From Curvularia clavata (taxonomy: Eukaryota), in assembly GCA_023920165.1 (NCBI GenBank), contig CP089278.1, forward strand, positions 496,001 to 560,000: 64,000 nucleotides of DNA. The letters run 5' to 3'. The notes under the pieces were generated by a model. The model did no database searches, was not told the origin of the DNA, and saw nothing but the letters and a program-made list of their open reading frames with translations. The position numbers were made by a program, and so were the translations under genes. Position 1 is the first letter of the stretch. The number at the start of each line of letters is the position of its first letter. Below are positions 61,296 to 64,000 of the stretch, in pieces.

Positions 61296-62177
61296 ATGGC
61301 CGACCCCCAACAGCCCGGCCAAGTCGAAGACGAAGACATCGTCCTAAGCTTCTTCCCCGATCCACCGCCCTTCTACAAGCACTTTACACCGGAGAACCTC
61401 GAACGCCTGCGCCAAATCGAAAGCGACGCCGGGCTCCACGAGAACAATGACGACCCAACATCGCCCGCAGCAAAGCTCTCTCCTGAGCAGATTCTCGCGC
61501 TACCCACCGAACTACGCTACCTCATACCGCCAGAACCCCCGGCGGACGACGCCGAATTCCACGTCTTCGACACGGTCGCAAAAGCCAAAGGCACTGATGT
61601 CTTCATGAAGAACATGGAGTACATCGCCGACCAGCTCAAAATGCAAGGGGTATTCCAAGACTGGCAGTATGAGCAGCTGTATCCGAGCGACTCGTCCCTC
61701 ACCACCACAACCACATCTGTCTCCTCCCAGCCACCGACAACATCAAACTCGGCATCGCTCGACAGACAAAACTACCTATTCCGCTTCCTGCGCAGCATCC
61801 TCTTGAGCTACATCTCGCTACTGGGCATCGTAGCCGCGGACGCGGTGTCAGAGCAGAAAGACCAAAAGCTCAAAGACATCATGACCATGGTGGCCAATAT
61901 GCACGCGCTGATTAATGAGTACCGCCCACATCAGGCGCGGCAAACACTGATTGAGCGCATGGAGGAGCAGGTACGGCGGAAGCAGGCTGAGATCGAGGGT
62001 GTGCGCAAGATGGGCGAGAAGGTGAGGGAGGTGCTTGCAAGCTTTGGGGCTGGCGATACTGAGGGAAAGGACGGAGTGGGAGATGTGGTTGAAGAGGATG
62101 CAGCGGCGAAGGAAATGGCGAGGAAGATGGATGCGCAGAGAGGGGCGTGGGAGACACTGGAGGAGGCGCTGGGATAA
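61296..62177 (+). CDS. MED7: Mediator complex subunit Med7
   Basis: Motifs FPDPPPFYKHFT, LRYLIPPEPP, YEQLYP and NMHALINEYRPHQARQTL. Intronless, 293 aa. Confidence 0.93.
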   Translation: MADPQQPGQVEDEDIVLSFFPDPPPFYKHFTPENLERLRQIESDAGLHENNDDPTSPAAKLSPEQILALPTELRYLIPPEPPADDAEFHVFDTVAKAKGTDVFMKNMEYIADQLKMQGVFQDWQYEQLYPSDSSLTTTTTSVSSQPPTTSNSASLDRQNYLFRFLRSILLSYISLLGIVAADAVSEQKDQKLKDIMTMVANMHALINEYRPHQARQTLIERMEEQVRRKQAEIEGVRKMGEKVREVLASFGAGDTEGKDGVGDVVEEDAAAKEMARKMDAQRGAWETLEEALG

Positions 62178-63067
62178 AGATTTGCGCGTGCGATATGCTG
62201 TAGCATCATGATACCCTTTTCCTATTCTTTCACTACTTATTTATCGTCATTTAAACACATCTAGCTTTGACTGCTAGAAATCTCGATTCAGCCTTTTTCT
62301 CAAGGGGGCATGAGACCATGTCACCCATCAACAGCATTCAACGGAACTTAAGTTCCATCACAGGTCTTGCGCGTCAGGATGGCTGAGACACACACACATG
62401 ACGAGTTACGCATTGGGTGTGCTGTCTCGGCGCCACTGCTGTCAGGTACCCGCCAACAACCCTCTGACAACTCAAAACATGACGTCACAGATTGTACCCG
62501 TACTCATCTATCTGGAGTATTTGTCCAGGAGAGTTCCACCGCATGATAAGAAGACGCATTATCCATCTTATTGCAACCTCAAGTGTCTTGTGTCCGTTCC
62601 CACCGCTACTTAAATTCAGCCTCGGAGGCTGAATCCCTCAGAAACGTAAGCCGAGGAGTTCGAATAGGTAGGTGTGGTCCTCCTTTTTGGGGGTGTGGCC
62701 ACGCGGTGAGATACCGAGACCCCTGTCCACAATAGCGCAAACTGTTTTGGGAACAAGGCAAACGAGAAGCCAAGGCTGCTACGCTCAGCCGCTCACTGCC
62801 ACCCCGGGGTCTTGTCTGCCTGTCAGCTGGAAGGGGCATTTGGAAGGGATTAAATAGCCCAAGAGGCGGCCAGAAAGAAAGGGAAGGGAAAGGTGTGGAC
62901 TCGAGGGTTAGTTGACTTGAGTTATTGCTCCGCCTTCCTGCATCACAAAGCGGATACATACTTCCCACTTTAACACACCGCCATCGTCGAATCCATAAGG
63001 ACGAAACTTCCGAAAAGCCTCGATATAGACGTTTCTTTTTGGGGGGGTTTTTTTTCTCGCTGCTACC

Positions 63068-64000
63068 ATGGCGTCAGAAACACCAAACCGCCCATCCAAA
63101 CGCATTGCCATCTTCTGCGATGGAACATGGGTAGGTCGCGAAACCGCCGTCGAAGATGCACCGCCCAGCAACATTCGCCAACTGGCCAACATGGTCGGCG
63201 AAGTGCAATATGACGAGACGAACAAGACAGCCGCCAAAGTTCACCGGATTGAGCCGCATAGAAAATTCTCAAAGGCCGGCAACGACGATGATTCCATCAT
63301 CGCCGGCTACCAGGAAGGTGTGGGCCTAAACAAGAACTTTATGCAGTACATCTGGGACGGCGCAACGGCATCGTCCATTAGCGAAGAATGCATCGCCGTA
63401 TACAGGTTCATTGTCGAAAACTACACTGACGACCATGAAATCTGGCTGTTTGGATTCAGTCGCGGTGCTTTTACTGTACGCTGTGTGGCAGGGATGATCA
63501 ACAACTGCGGCATCATCAAGCGGCGGGACGACTACACTGACGCCGAAGTCTCGCGCCTGTGCTACGAAATCTTTCGCACGTACCGATCCAGTCTGCCTAT
63601 TGATGCACCGAAGAGCGAGGAGTGCAAGCGCTGGAAGGGCCTCGAGGACCGTGTCTGGCAGGTCAAGCGCCCAATCCGCTTCATGGGCATCATCGATACG
63701 GTCGGGGCACTGGGAATTCCTCGATTGAGCGCAGGTGTTGGATTCGATTGGAGTCCGTTTGAGTTTTTCGACCAGAGCATCTCGAGTGTGGTGCAGTACT
63801 GCTATCACGCGCCGTGCCTGCACGATCGACTGTGGACATTCCAGCCCTGTCTTGTTACTTCGACCGAGGAATTCGAGGACACAAACGAGCCAAAAGCCAA
63901 CATAACGCAAAGATGGTTCCCGGGAACTCATTACGACGTGGGCCGCATGACATTCCGCTTTTTGCGTCAGAGCCCTACAAACTGGATCGAGGAGGCGCTG
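63068..64000 (+). CDS. DUF2235 / Tle1-like alpha/beta-hydrolase (phospholipase-like), 3'-truncated by the window end
   Basis: Open frame from ATG 63068 to the end: KRIAIFCDGTW, SNI, YQEGVG, IWLFGFSRGAFTVR, MGIIDTVGALG and WFPGTHYDVG. Absent from the ORF track because no stop is reached. Confidence 0.92.
   Translation, partial: MASETPNRPSKRIAIFCDGTWVGRETAVEDAPPSNIRQLANMVGEVQYDETNKTAAKVHRIEPHRKFSKAGNDDDSIIAGYQEGVGLNKNFMQYIWDGATASSISEECIAVYRFIVENYTDDHEIWLFGFSRGAFTVRCVAGMINNCGIIKRRDDYTDAEVSRLCYEIFRTYRSSLPIDAPKSEECKRWKGLEDRVWQVKRPIRFMGIIDTVGALGIPRLSAGVGFDWSPFEFFDQSISSVVQYCYHAPCLHDRLWTFQPCLVTSTEEFEDTNEPKANITQRWFPGTHYDVGRMTFRFLRQSPTNWIEEAL

Overview
Eukaryotic genomic DNA from a filamentous ascomycete (Pezizomycotina, probably a Dothideomycete; the taxonomy is inferred from protein content and from short GT-AG introns with CTRAC/CTAAY branch points). 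About 19 protein-coding genes can be supported. Recognisable ones: importin-beta-4/Kap123, NPC1/Ncr1 sterol transporter, GaaD/LarA-type aldo-keto reductase, a lipid-anchored LAMTOR1/Ego1-like protein, an HMT1-type ABC half-transporter, a cytochrome P450, a PEBP-family protein, an NADPH-dependent MDR oxidoreductase, an 8-intron PhoD alkaline phosphatase, Mediator Med7, and a DUF2235/Tle1-like hydrolase cut off by the window end. The rest are an RRM protein, a small secreted cysteine-rich protein and several hypothetical proteins, some Cys/His-rich. Several genes had to be rebuilt by hand across introns and are fragmented in or missing from the ORF track. The best non-coding signal is a box C/D snoRNA in the unusually long second Kap123 intron, whose guide matches the 25S rRNA site methylated by yeast snR71. 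Other signals are a galacturonate-response element upstream of gaaD, a tandem AG|GT intron arrangement in a 5' UTR, a degenerate ~20-bp minisatellite and possible decayed coding relics. No rRNA, convincing tRNA, intact transposon or CRISPR array was seen, and I cannot honestly claim a new multi-gene system.
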